Shown here: positions 17,849-28,493 of the stretch, in pieces
Numbering within the stretch: the stretch's first letter is position 1
Layout of the letters: each line of letters begins with the position of its first letter
NCBI GenBank assembly: GCA_001871075.1
Contig: MNUP01000028.1
Span: 1-47,550 of the forward strand
Reading direction: 5' to 3'
DNA: 47,550 bases
Source: Candidatus Desantisbacteria bacterium CG1_02_49_89
Lineage (GTDB): Bacteria; Desantisbacteria; UBA1551
Position numbers and translations under genes: made by a program
The notes under the pieces: model-generated
What the model was told of the DNA's origin: nothing
Databases searched by the model: none
The model's input: the letters and a program-made list of their open reading frames with translations, nothing else

Positions 17849-19063
17849 ATGACACGATATAGGAAAAGGGAAATAACCGGGGTTTTAACCGATGCGCTGA
17901 AGAATATGCCGGTGGTTGTGCTTTCCGGCATGAGGCAAACAGGCAAAAGCACCCTGCTGCTTAACCAGCAGCAGCTGCGGGGCAGGAAATACCTGAGTTT
18001 TGATGACTTTGGCACTTTGGATGCCGCCAGAAGAAATCCGGAAGAATTAATATCCGGAACAGGGCCTGTCACTATTGACGAAGCGCAGAAAAATCCCGAA
18101 ATAATGAATGCTATTAAAAGGGAAGTAGACAAGAACCGTAAACCGGGCAGGTTCCTTCTGAGCGGTTCAGCCAACTTCCTTCTTTTAAAGAATATCGCTG
18201 AAAGCCTGGCAGGCCGTGCCTTATACCTGACACTGCCTCCTTTTACCCGCAGGGAAATCCAGGGCACAAGAGAGCAGCCCGCGATCATCCATTTTATTAA
18301 TGAAGGATCCTTCCCTGAAAGAAAAGCAAGCCCGATCAGCTGGCAGGAAATTTTAAAAGGCGGCATGCCGCCTGTCTGCCTCGGTGAAGTAAAAAATCCC
18401 GACGTATGGTTCCGGGGTTATGAACAAACTTACCTGGAACGGGACATCCGCGCCTTAAACCAGGTTGCAGATCTGGTTGCTTTCCGGCGGCTCCTGCAAC
18501 TCACGGCTTTGAGAAGCGCCCAGATCATGAAACAGAGCGAGCTGGCGCGGGACGCAAAATTAAACGCAATGACCGCTTCCAGATACCTTTCTTTGATGGA
18601 AACGTCCTTTATTATAAGACTTATGCCCCCGAATCTCCGTAACCGGTCCAGCCGCCTGGTCAAATCTCCTAAATTGTACCTATCAGACACAGGCCTTGCT
18701 TCTTATCTCGCCGGAGTAAAAAAAACAGGCGCAAATGAACCAATGAGCGGAGCCCTGCTGGAAAACTATGCCGCGCAGAATCTTGACGGTATTCTTTCCG
18801 CGCATTGCCCGCATGCAAAAATCGGGTACTGGAACATTCAGGGCAGATATGAGGTGGATTTTATAATCGAGACGGGCAACGAAACCATTGCCATTGAAAT
18901 TAAAAACAGCAGCCGGTGGGCGGAAAGCGACCTGACCGGTTTAAGAGCGTATCTGAATAGCGCCAGAGAATGCCGCGCCGCTATTTTGGCCTGCAACACG
19001 CAGGAAGTTCACAGGATCGAAAATAAAATATGGGTAGCGCCGATCCATTTGCTTTTAAGCTGA
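17849..19063 (+). CDS. AAA+ ATPase (AAA_14) with C-terminal DUF4143 nuclease-like domain
   Basis: GMRQTGKS Walker A, IDEAQ Walker B, SGSA, KSPKLYLSDTGL, EVDFII...IAIEIK (PD-(D/E)xK-like). Confidence 0.9.
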   Translation: MTRYRKREITGVLTDALKNMPVVVLSGMRQTGKSTLLLNQQQLRGRKYLSFDDFGTLDAARRNPEELISGTGPVTIDEAQKNPEIMNAIKREVDKNRKPGRFLLSGSANFLLLKNIAESLAGRALYLTLPPFTRREIQGTREQPAIIHFINEGSFPERKASPISWQEILKGGMPPVCLGEVKNPDVWFRGYEQTYLERDIRALNQVADLVAFRRLLQLTALRSAQIMKQSELARDAKLNAMTASRYLSLMETSFIIRLMPPNLRNRSSRLVKSPKLYLSDTGLASYLAGVKKTGANEPMSGALLENYAAQNLDGILSAHCPHAKIGYWNIQGRYEVDFIIETGNETIAIEIKNSSRWAESDLTGLRAYLNSARECRAAILACNTQEVHRIENKIWVAPIHLLLS

Positions 19064-19292
19064 GAATGAGCAAATAAGGGGAACCGCCCGCTCCGCGGCG
19101 GAGGTCTTCCACAGAGGGAGAGAAAAGGGGCATTGCTGCCCCTTCAAATGTTATATATAGGAATTTACGGTTTGTTCAGTCAATTGAGCAAATTGTAAAT
19201 AGGGGAATTGAGGGGGATTTTTAAACGACCCTGAAGGGCCTACTCCTAAGGCTCTAAAAATTAAAAGACGGTTCCAAGGTTCAAGAAAAACA

Positions 19293-22200
19293 ATGCGTAA
19301 AAATGTATTTCCTATTATTTTGGGTGTGATTCTAGTGACGATGGCGGGAGCGAATGCATTCGCGGCAAATTTCCTGCGCAACCAGTCTTTTGAGATAGGG
19401 GAAGGGGCTTTTGAGGTGGATAAGGCCATTGTCAACACAAGCTCGTCCGCGCTTTACTGGACAAACGGGACTGACCACTTAAGGAGCCAGGACAGAGCGT
19501 ATTCAGGTTCCTGGTCTATCAAAAGCATTTCCGCGGGGGATTCGTCTTACACTATATCAAATTTGATATATGTTGAGACTTCAACCCAGTATAAGCTTTC
19601 AGGATGGATCTTCAATTCGCTTTCTTCAGGCAACGCGTATATAGACCTTGCCGGCGTTGCGGGACAGCCGGTTCTTATGTCCGCGAACGGAAATAACGCC
19701 TGGGAATATATTGAAGGCGTTTGGAATAGCGGTACTTCTTCAGAGGTCCAGGCGCGGTGTGCCAGTGACGGTAACCCGTCCGGAAGCGTGTGGTTCGATG
19801 ATATAAAATTCGAGCGCGCTCCGTGTTTCGTGACAACATCAGGATACGATTTTTACAACAACGGCAGGAAATGGTACCCGTACGGCATCAACTACTGGCC
19901 AAGGAACTGCGTTTCAATGATGTACGGGCCGTGGCTGGACTCAAGCGGGCATTACGACGCCGCGGAAATTGAAAAAGACCTGATGGCTATGTCCAGGATG
20001 GGAATGAACATGGTTTACATAGCCGCGGGCACCCCGCTGGACGAGATAGCTCCGAACCTCCTGAATTTCCTTCAGCTTTGCGACAAATACTGCATAAAGG
20101 TCAACCTGGCGATATCAAACCTTAACCCGATGTTCCCGAACCTGGACCCAAACCTCAGCCTGGATTTCATCCGCAAATATAATTTGAAGGATATCGACGC
20201 GCTTTTCGCATATGACATTTCCTGGGAGCCGACTTTCGGGTCTGCTGACGGGTTCGCTTATCCGGGCCCTAACCCAAGAGGGCTGTGGGATTCCGAATGG
20301 AGGGACTGGGTCATTGAAAGGTACGGAAGCATTTCTGCGGCTGAATCGGCCCTCGGAGCCTTAAACACGGTTTCAGGCAACCAGTTCGGCGGCGGCGTTG
20401 TCAGGCACAATGTCCCGGCAAGGATGGTGGCAGGCCAGAATTACAGCGTCCTGATAGAAATGAAAAATATAGGCACAGGCACCTGGTCACAGGCAAACGG
20501 GTACAGATTAACACGGATGAGTTTTTATCCGGGGTCAGGATACGTTTCAAGCATGGGCCCTTCCGAAGTATATCTTGAACCTGCTGATTCAATAGCCACG
20601 GGCGGGTCAAAAACGTTTTCATTCGATATAACCGCGCCTTCCACGCCGGGAAGGTATCTTGTAGCGTATAAGATGTTCACTACCAATTATTCAATCCAGT
20701 ATTTCTGGGGCTGGGTGGGCGGCACCTGCCGTAGGTGGGTGGATGTTGTTTCCGCTGGCGCGCCGATCCAGGAAATGACAACGTATGAGAAGGTTATCAC
20801 AGGGCCTACGGACGCTGAGGCTATGTCCAGCGGCTCAAGCGCCAAGGTCGCGGCGTACAGGCATTTTGTTGACGAGCTTTTAAGCCGCAACTACGGTTTT
20901 ATCATAAGGCAGATAAAAGAGATCGCGCCGGACCAGCTGGTTTCTTTCAGGCAGAACAGCTACGGAAGGGACCAATACGCGATGTCTTTTGATTTCAAAG
21001 CGACCTGCGTGTGGAACGATTTTGTCCAGCCTGAAGCGTATACCGCGTATAACGGGGACACAACCACCTGGAGAAGGACCGGGTTTGACACGGTTTACGC
21101 AAGGTTTGCCTCAGCGAACAAGCGGCCGGTCTGGTGGGCTGAAGGCGGTTATAATGTTTTCAGCTATTCGGGTAACCCGCCGCCTGTTGGCGCGTTCAAT
21201 TACGAGTGGGGGCAGTATAAGAAATGGTGGATAGCTCTGAAAGAGGCTTACGCGTGCGGTGTTGCTCCCTGGTGGTTCCCCGGAGGGTGGAGGGCGAAGG
21301 ACAGGCCGGGTTATGAGGAGAACAGCGATTTCGGGATAGTAAGCGAGACCTGCGTGCTGAGAAAGGTGTGCGCCGTAATAATAGAGGATTCAATTACTCT
21401 CACAACTCCCAGGGATTACACCAATCCCAATTCCTATATAACGATCGACAGGGACTCTCACGCTGACGGGTATCTCGGTATTTACAACCAGAGATCAATG
21501 GATTACGTGAACGCGAGGGATGCCGGGAATACTCCCTCCATAAGGACAACAGGCACAGGCACTAATTCCAAGAACACGCCGCTGGAAAGGATAGGCAACA
21601 TAGGTTCAGGACCCCCGAAATACCTTAAATCCGAATTTGTTTTTGTGAAAATAAAGGACGCTTACAACAACTGGGCTGAGGCGCATGACGGGGAAGTTGT
21701 GGATGTTCCGTATAACAGCCCGATATATGTTACAGCCAAGATGGTGAATATCGGGGAAGCAGAGTGGTGCACTTATTCATCCGCGCCAGCGGGCGAGAAC
21801 GGTTCTGTAAGGTTTGCGGGGAACGAGAATGCCGGGAACGTGAATTTCAGGCAGGAACTTGACCAGGAAGTCCCGTACCTTTCAAGGATAGATGTTCCCG
21901 GGTTTCCTTTCACGTCCGGCATAACCAGTGAAAGCACGGTTGTTTTCCAGATGGTTGCAGAGCAGAGGTCCTGGTTCGGTGACCAGGTGAAGGTAAGGCT
22001 GCATCCTGTATCCGACCAGGCATCTTCGACAAACACTTTCACGAATTCTTTTCTGCGGATCGCGGAGCCCGGAGTTCCTGCTGACGGAACAAGTAAATGC
22101 ACGGTCAGCGTGATACTGCTGACCGAAACAGGGGTTCCGCGCTTGGGAAAGAGCGTAACGCTTAAAACAACCGGGCACAGTTCTTATGATAATATTACCC

Positions 22201-25200
22201 AGCCAGCTGTAACAGACGCGAACGGTATGTGCACTGGTTTTATCTTCACCTCTTACACGGGTGCCTCGGATATTTACGCGGAAGTTTCAGGCGAGACAAA
22301 CATATATCAGAACCTTGTTTCAAACCCTTCGTTTGAATCAGGTTTTTCCGGATGGCAGCAGAATAACTCAGTCCTGGATCCTTCGGTATACTATTCAGGC
22401 GTTAGCTCAGCAAGGCTTTGTGCTGAACCCGGGCTTGAGACCGGATGCTTAAGCGATACAATACCGGTTGACAATAGCTCAGTGGTTGTGTACAGGATCT
22501 CATTGTTTTGCCGGGTAGTTATAAACACCCCCGCATTTTGCGTTACGGCATTTTATTATAGGGAAGACGGCTCCGCGTGCGGCCCGGCGTATGAAAATAT
22601 TATCGAGATAGGGAACACGGATACCTGGAGAAAAAGGTCAGCGCTGATCGGCGGATCAGGGTCAGGCGCGTATTTCATCCTGCCCGCGGATTGCCTTGGC
22701 GTAAGCATAGGGGCAAGATGGGCGGGCCTGTCAGGACCTTCGACGGCCGCCGGCACAGGATGGATAGACTGCGTAAGGATGGAAAGGGTTCCGTCAGTTA
22801 CCTGGACAGCCACAGGTTTCGCGTTCTCAACTTCTCCTGTGACAGCGACAAAAGGCAATCCCTCGCCGCAGATCTTTGTTGAGGCAAGGGGAAGCGCGGG
22901 TTCGATCATTGACAGCTCATTCACAGATACCTGTGATCTTTCCTCGTCTTCAGCCGGCGGAAAATTCTCGGTTTCAGCAGAGAACTGGGTTGACACTACG
23001 GTCCTTTCTTTCTCGTCCGGTTCCGCCTCGTTCTATTACAAGGACCTGAATGAAGGCTTTCCGAGCATCACTGTTTCAAGGCAAAGGTTTGCATCCGCGT
23101 CCCAGGCGGAAAATATCCTGGCGCCTTTCGCTGATCCTTATGTTTCCAACCTGAAGGTAAGCAAAACAGACCCTGTTGCCGACGGGACAGATTCTGCCGC
23201 GGTCATAGTCACTGTGAATGACAGCTTCAATTTCCCCATCACAGGAAAACAGGTGTTCTTTTTCACGGACAGGCCTGATTCTGACACTATAAAGGACAGC
23301 GCCGGCAATGTTGTGGCGTCCCAGGTGACTGACAAGAACGGGCAGTGCACCGCCTATATCTCTTCGCTTTTTTCAGGAGAGCTCAGCGTGTGCGGGGTGT
23401 GCGACGGAGCCACGATAACGGAAAATGTCGTTCCCAATCCTTCTTTTGAGGACGGCACAGGCGCGAACGCTTCTTTGTGGGCAAGGGATGACGCCGGCAA
23501 TTTCGCGCGCACCACGGAAAAATCCCATTCAGGTAATTATTCCCTGCGCCTCAGGACAACCTGGGGCAAGGCGATAACCACAAAATATATAACGGTAAGC
23601 CCGGACTCTGTTTACAGAATATCCGCGTGGATGTATAATTCTTTGGGCGGAAGCTACAACCAGTACGTTGACCTGAACGACGTTTCAAACGACATAAGCC
23701 TGAATTCAACACGGGGAGCGAACGCGTGGGAATATAAGGAAACAACCTGGTCAAGCGGAATATACACGCAGGTTTACATGCGCGCTGTGCTGGGTGACAT
23801 GCTTTCCCCGGCCGGGACCTGCTGGTTTGACGACATCAGGATGGCGCGTATCCCCACCCTCACTTTCATAGGGGTGGCGATCAGGATAAAAATAGTTTCG
23901 GCTCCGTTCACTGTAAGCAAGGTCAACCCCGCAACAGTAACTGTTGAAGCCTGGGATAGCCTGGGAGCCAGGTCTACCGCGTACAACGATCCTGTTTCTT
24001 TGTCCACAAGTTCAGCAAGCGGGTCTTTTTCACTGGACAAGAATTCCTGGTCCAGCCCGCTGTCAATTTCCATGATAGAAGGGCAGGCGGTTTTTTATTA
24101 CAAGGATACACTCGCCGGTGTACCTGTGATAACGGTTACGTCAGGCAGCCTTGCCCCTGATTCGCAGTCTGAAACAGTCACGGAAGTTATCGTAGGTTCG
24201 AACAGCTCCCGTTTGTTCGCTTTCCCGGCCCAGGCAAAGGCAAACGGGGCCGAGCAGATAAGGGTAGTCGCGGCAATGAACGACGTTTACGGATTTCCTG
24301 TCCCTTCCCAGCCTGTAACCCTTTGCAGGACTGATACCAGAACTATCGTTCCGGCAAACCCCCTTACAACAGACGCGAACGGTATGTGCACGTTCACGGT
24401 TACTTCCTCATACGCGGGCATAGTTTCCCTTTCAGCTTTGTGCGCTGACGGCACCGCGGCCTATATGTTCTATGACGATTTCCTGTCTTACGCGGAGGGA
24501 AGCGACGCTTCCCAGGCATGGATAAAAGACAGGGGGGCCTGGAAGGTGCAGGCCGGGGAATTCGTCCAGACGCCGGCGGCTGACGGCCTTGTTTTTGCGG
24601 GGGATTTCAAGTGGACTGATTACACGATCGAAGCAAGGATGAGAACAGACATTCCCGGCGCGCAGACCTGGGACGTGGGAAGGATATTTTTCAGGTGCGC
24701 GCCTTACTCGGCCTCTTACGAATACTATTTCATCCTGCTGCACACTTACGGGTTGATAGAATACGGGGTTTCAAGGCCTTCAAAACCAACGGCCGGCAAC
24801 GAAGGCTGGTACTCGAACCGTAAAACCGTGAGCACAGGCGAAAGCTCCTCTGCCTGGCACAAGTTCAGGATAAACGTAACAGGCTCTGGCCCCGTGAAGA
24901 TAGATGTCTACATGGACGACGTGCTGAGGTTCACGCAGATCGAGTCTGAAGACACGTTTATCCTTACCGCCGGCAAGATAGCGCTTCAGGCGGCGAACTC
25001 CGTATCCAGGTTTGACGATGTGAAGGTTTACCCCTGCTCTGTTGAATTTACCGGTTACAGGACCTCGCTGACAACCGACCCGTTCAGGAAACCCGCGAAC
25101 GCGGTTTCCCCTCAGCTGACAATCGCGGTATGCGGAGCGCTTGGCGGGGCGGACGTTTCCTGCAATACGAACGTGGTCCTGACAACTACCTCAAGCTCAG

Positions 25201-26054
25201 GGGGTTTTTCCGCGGGCACGGGCGGGCCGTGGACAAACACCAGGGCTTTTTCCCTTGTTTCAGGCAGGGCAACCTGCTACTACAGAGATCTTGCGATCGG
25301 TAACCCCGCGATCACTGTTTTGCCGAATGCGGGTTCCTGGCTTCTGGCAGGGACACAGATCGAGACTATAACAGCAGGCATAATCTCGATACCCTATTTC
25401 AGCATCAGGACATCAGAGACTTCTTCCTTGATAACCGCGCTTGCCGTTGGGGACGGGGGAGAGACCAATACGGATTTCTCGGAGGCAATGGCTATTTCAT
25501 CTTCTTCTTCCGCAGGCAGGTTCTCTGTTTCCGGAACGTCCTGGAAGGATACCACAGCCATTAAGTTTGAGTCAAGCGCCGCGTATTTCTGTTACAGGGA
25601 CAAAAAGGCAGGCAGCCCGGTGATAACTATATACAACACAGACCTTGGCTTATCTTCAGCCCGGTCTATAGATGTTCTTATCCCTGACATCCGGATCTCG
25701 GTTTCAGTTAGGAAAGAAGGATCAGGCGCGACCGGGGTCCTGATCGTGATAGAGAACGGGGATACCCTGGAATACGAGATCAGCGCGTATAACGCGGGCA
25801 ACGAAACAGCCGCGCTTGTGACAATAACAGACACATTCCTGTTCGATACCGGGTCTTTCTTCCCGCTTGCCTTCGTTTCTATGGAAACATTCCCTCCAGC
25901 GGATTCCTGGTCGTATAAAAACACCGCCGGAAACTGGCAGGCATGGGGTATCGCGCCTGCGAGCGGGGACGACATCAAGGGGCTAAGGTGGGGCATTTCC
26001 ACGCTGGGCGTCGGTGAAACGAGAGTGGTCCGCTTCAGGGTGCGAGTGAAGTAG
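19293..26054 (+). CDS. 2253-aa secreted or surface protein: CBM4/9-like domains, clan GH-A-like TIM barrel, Ig/invasin-like repeats, jelly-roll domain, C-terminal DUF11-like domain
   Basis: Signal peptide, three N..NxSFE...WFDD modules, YGINYWP, AYDISWEP and PVWWAEGG, three ADG/ANG...TDxNGxCT Ig repeats, GDTLEYEISAYNAG. Confidence 0.7.
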   Translation: MRKNVFPIILGVILVTMAGANAFAANFLRNQSFEIGEGAFEVDKAIVNTSSSALYWTNGTDHLRSQDRAYSGSWSIKSISAGDSSYTISNLIYVETSTQYKLSGWIFNSLSSGNAYIDLAGVAGQPVLMSANGNNAWEYIEGVWNSGTSSEVQARCASDGNPSGSVWFDDIKFERAPCFVTTSGYDFYNNGRKWYPYGINYWPRNCVSMMYGPWLDSSGHYDAAEIEKDLMAMSRMGMNMVYIAAGTPLDEIAPNLLNFLQLCDKYCIKVNLAISNLNPMFPNLDPNLSLDFIRKYNLKDIDALFAYDISWEPTFGSADGFAYPGPNPRGLWDSEWRDWVIERYGSISAAESALGALNTVSGNQFGGGVVRHNVPARMVAGQNYSVLIEMKNIGTGTWSQANGYRLTRMSFYPGSGYVSSMGPSEVYLEPADSIATGGSKTFSFDITAPSTPGRYLVAYKMFTTNYSIQYFWGWVGGTCRRWVDVVSAGAPIQEMTTYEKVITGPTDAEAMSSGSSAKVAAYRHFVDELLSRNYGFIIRQIKEIAPDQLVSFRQNSYGRDQYAMSFDFKATCVWNDFVQPEAYTAYNGDTTTWRRTGFDTVYARFASANKRPVWWAEGGYNVFSYSGNPPPVGAFNYEWGQYKKWWIALKEAYACGVAPWWFPGGWRAKDRPGYEENSDFGIVSETCVLRKVCAVIIEDSITLTTPRDYTNPNSYITIDRDSHADGYLGIYNQRSMDYVNARDAGNTPSIRTTGTGTNSKNTPLERIGNIGSGPPKYLKSEFVFVKIKDAYNNWAEAHDGEVVDVPYNSPIYVTAKMVNIGEAEWCTYSSAPAGENGSVRFAGNENAGNVNFRQELDQEVPYLSRIDVPGFPFTSGITSESTVVFQMVAEQRSWFGDQVKVRLHPVSDQASSTNTFTNSFLRIAEPGVPADGTSKCTVSVILLTETGVPRLGKSVTLKTTGHSSYDNITQPAVTDANGMCTGFIFTSYTGASDIYAEVSGETNIYQNLVSNPSFESGFSGWQQNNSVLDPSVYYSGVSSARLCAEPGLETGCLSDTIPVDNSSVVVYRISLFCRVVINTPAFCVTAFYYREDGSACGPAYENIIEIGNTDTWRKRSALIGGSGSGAYFILPADCLGVSIGARWAGLSGPSTAAGTGWIDCVRMERVPSVTWTATGFAFSTSPVTATKGNPSPQIFVEARGSAGSIIDSSFTDTCDLSSSSAGGKFSVSAENWVDTTVLSFSSGSASFYYKDLNEGFPSITVSRQRFASASQAENILAPFADPYVSNLKVSKTDPVADGTDSAAVIVTVNDSFNFPITGKQVFFFTDRPDSDTIKDSAGNVVASQVTDKNGQCTAYISSLFSGELSVCGVCDGATITENVVPNPSFEDGTGANASLWARDDAGNFARTTEKSHSGNYSLRLRTTWGKAITTKYITVSPDSVYRISAWMYNSLGGSYNQYVDLNDVSNDISLNSTRGANAWEYKETTWSSGIYTQVYMRAVLGDMLSPAGTCWFDDIRMARIPTLTFIGVAIRIKIVSAPFTVSKVNPATVTVEAWDSLGARSTAYNDPVSLSTSSASGSFSLDKNSWSSPLSISMIEGQAVFYYKDTLAGVPVITVTSGSLAPDSQSETVTEVIVGSNSSRLFAFPAQAKANGAEQIRVVAAMNDVYGFPVPSQPVTLCRTDTRTIVPANPLTTDANGMCTFTVTSSYAGIVSLSALCADGTAAYMFYDDFLSYAEGSDASQAWIKDRGAWKVQAGEFVQTPAADGLVFAGDFKWTDYTIEARMRTDIPGAQTWDVGRIFFRCAPYSASYEYYFILLHTYGLIEYGVSRPSKPTAGNEGWYSNRKTVSTGESSSAWHKFRINVTGSGPVKIDVYMDDVLRFTQIESEDTFILTAGKIALQAANSVSRFDDVKVYPCSVEFTGYRTSLTTDPFRKPANAVSPQLTIAVCGALGGADVSCNTNVVLTTTSSSGGFSAGTGGPWTNTRAFSLVSGRATCYYRDLAIGNPAITVLPNAGSWLLAGTQIETITAGIISIPYFSIRTSETSSLITALAVGDGGETNTDFSEAMAISSSSSAGRFSVSGTSWKDTTAIKFESSAAYFCYRDKKAGSPVITIYNTDLGLSSARSIDVLIPDIRISVSVRKEGSGATGVLIVIENGDTLEYEISAYNAGNETAALVTITDTFLFDTGSFFPLAFVSMETFPPADSWSYKNTAGNWQAWGIAPASGDDIKGLRWGISTLGVGETRVVRFRVRVK

Positions 26055-26197
26055 CTCTTAGTGTAAGGTGTAACGTGTAAGGTGTAAGGCAAGATTAAGC
26101 AAAAATGTAGCGGTGCGATTTATCGCACATTTGTATTTCGCGCTTCTCCCCCCGGATTTGCTCCGCAAATCAAAACAGGGGGGACTTCGGCTACGCC

Positions 26198-26264
26198 CCG
26201 TAGAGTCATTGACTTTAACCTGACTCGTAGGTCCCTGTGTTAAGCCCCGAAGGGGCTACAGGGA
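26198..26264 (-). repeat. 67-nt mini-element in reverse orientation
   Basis: Minus strand reads TCCCTGT-AGCCCCTTCGGGGCT-TAAC-ACAGGGA-CCTAC-GAGTCA-N12-TGACTC-TACGG; removal regenerates a 24/25 match to 425-449. Confidence 0.88.
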
Positions 26265-26319
26265 TCAGGATAAGCTGCGCAGGGGTCTGCGTCTCTGGGT
26301 ATGAAAGTATGCCTCCTCC

Positions 26320-26347
26320 TTGACTTTCAGGGTTTTTATGATATAAT
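26320..26347 (+). promoter_or_regulatory. Probable typA promoter
   Basis: TTGACT, 16 nt, TGa-TATAAT; preceded by GGGGTCTGCGTCTCTGGGT shared with the 74-nt repeat. Confidence 0.6.
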
Positions 26348-26518
26348 ACACTTGTTTATATATTCCGTCGAACGTCGAACGTCTTGCGTCGTGCGTATAA
26401 ATTCTTCAACGTATGACGTATGACAATATTTTAAGGAAGCAAAAAATGAGAAAAATATTTTTATTATTAAAATTAAAAATGAAGGAATTGATTTCAAATT
26501 TGAAAGGAACAACGGAAA

Positions 26519-28333
26519 ATGAAGATAAGGAATGTAGCGATCATAGCACACGTTGACCACGGCAAGACCACGCTTGTGGACGCGCTTTTGCGGCAGTCAA
26601 AGACGGTTCTGGGAAGAGAGCTGGCAGGGACAGACCTGATAATGGACTCAAACGAGCTGGAAAGGGAGCGGGGCATCACGATATTCTCAAAGAACGCGGC
26701 TATCGTGTGGGGTGACGTTAAGATAAACATCATCGACACGCCCGGGCACGCGGATTTCGGCGGCGAGGTGGAAAGGGTGCTGAAGATGGCGGACGGCTGC
26801 CTGCTCCTGGTGGACGCGAAGGAAGGGCCGATGCCGCAGACCCGGTTCGTGCTGAAAAAAGCGCTGGAAATGGGCCACCGCATTATCGTGGTCATCAACA
26901 AGGTGGATATGCCGGACGTGCGGCCGGGATTTGTGCTGGACAAGACCTTTGACCTTTTCGTGGAGCTGGGCGCCAATGACAAAACCCTGAATTTCCCGAT
27001 CTTATACGCCTCTGCCAAGCACGGCAAGGCAGGGCCGGCGCCTGAACTGGAAAAAATGACTGACATCACCCCTCTTTTCGAGGCGATCGTGAAATACATA
27101 CCATCCCCTGAAAGCAGCGAGGAAAAACCTTTGCAGTTCCTGGCAACGAACATCACGTTTGACAGTTTCAAGGGCAGGATAGCAATAGGCAGGATCTATA
27201 ACGGCAGGATGAAAGCCGGGCAGAAGGTGACGCATATAAACCGCGCCGGGGAAATGAAAGAGAAGCAGGTGGTTTCCCTGATGACGTTCTTCGGGCTGAG
27301 CCGGGTGGAAGTGAAGGAGGTTTCAGCCGGGGATATAGTCGCGGTGAGCGGCATACCGGACATCAATATAGGCGAGACCATAGCGGACCTTGAACACCCG
27401 GACGCGCTCCCTTTGCTGAACATCGAAGAGCCGACCGTGAAAATGGTTTTTATGGTCAACGACTCGCCGTTCGCCGGCAGAGAGGGGGAATTCTCCACCT
27501 CGCGGCAGATCCAGGAAAGGCTTTACAGGGAACTGGAAACAGACATGGCTTTAAGGGTTGAGAACAACGACGCCGGCTCATGGACCATTTCAGGCAGGGG
27601 CGAGCTGCACCTGGCTATCCTGATCGAGCGCATCAGGAGGGAAGGCTACGAGTTCCAGGTTTCCAGGCCGCAGGTCATCGACAAGATAATAGGCGGCAGG
27701 ACCTGCACGCCGTATGAAAGGGTGTATATCGAGGTGCCGGAAGAACACAGCGGAATTGTTATCCAGGCAATGGGCGGGCGGAAAGGCGAGCTTGTGGAAA
27801 TGCGCAGGCTGGAAAACATAGTGCACATGGAATTCATCATACCGACACGCTGCCTTTTCGGGTACCGCAGCGAATTCCTGACCAGCACGCGGGGGTTCGG
27901 CATCATCAACACGGAATTCCATAAGTATAAACCCGACCCCGGGAACTGGAAGGAAAGGGACCGCGGGTCCCTGGTCGCCTACGAAACAGGGCTGACGTGC
28001 ATGTACGGCCTGGTCGGGGTGCAGGACAGGGGGATGCTGTTCGTGAAGCCGGGCGTGGAGGTTTATGAGGGCCAGGTAGTGGGCCAGAATACCAGGCAGG
28101 AGGACATGCGCGTGAACGTCTGCAAGGAAAAACACCTTTCCAACATGCGCTCGAAAGGCGAGGGCGGGATAGAGCAGTTCAACAAATACAGGGAGATGGA
28201 CCTGGAAGACGCGCTGGAATACATAAGCGATGACGAGCTTGTAGAGGTGACGCCCAGGAACGTGCGCATCAGGAAAGTGCTTCTAAGCGAGAAGGCGCAA
28301 AAAAGAAAGCTGAAAGGACTGCCGGAAGTTTAG
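26519..28333 (+). CDS. typA: Translational GTPase TypA/BipA
   Basis: IRNVAIIAHVDHGKTTLVD, ERERGITI, DTPGHADFGGEVER, GRGELHL, DELVEVTP. Confidence 0.97.
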   Translation: MKIRNVAIIAHVDHGKTTLVDALLRQSKTVLGRELAGTDLIMDSNELERERGITIFSKNAAIVWGDVKINIIDTPGHADFGGEVERVLKMADGCLLLVDAKEGPMPQTRFVLKKALEMGHRIIVVINKVDMPDVRPGFVLDKTFDLFVELGANDKTLNFPILYASAKHGKAGPAPELEKMTDITPLFEAIVKYIPSPESSEEKPLQFLATNITFDSFKGRIAIGRIYNGRMKAGQKVTHINRAGEMKEKQVVSLMTFFGLSRVEVKEVSAGDIVAVSGIPDINIGETIADLEHPDALPLLNIEEPTVKMVFMVNDSPFAGREGEFSTSRQIQERLYRELETDMALRVENNDAGSWTISGRGELHLAILIERIRREGYEFQVSRPQVIDKIIGGRTCTPYERVYIEVPEEHSGIVIQAMGGRKGELVEMRRLENIVHMEFIIPTRCLFGYRSEFLTSTRGFGIINTEFHKYKPDPGNWKERDRGSLVAYETGLTCMYGLVGVQDRGMLFVKPGVEVYEGQVVGQNTRQEDMRVNVCKEKHLSNMRSKGEGGIEQFNKYREMDLEDALEYISDDELVEVTPRNVRIRKVLLSEKAQKRKLKGLPEV

Positions 28334-28405
28334 CATACGCATAAACAAAGCGTATCAACGTGTCAACGTATCAGCGTGTCAACGCAACTGCAAGGAATTT
28401 TATCG

Positions 28406-28427
28406 TCCCAAAGGGACCCCTTTGGGG
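28406..28427. repeat. 22-nt palindromic insert TCCCAAAGGGACCCCTTTGGGG (second copy 44988-45009)
   Basis: Empty site in the paralogous segment at about 44601-44615. Confidence 0.75.
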
Positions 28428-28493
28428 TAACTCAGGGCTTCAGTTCTGAAAACGCGTAGGGGCGATCTTGGTCGCCCTTTAAGGCGGGTAAAA

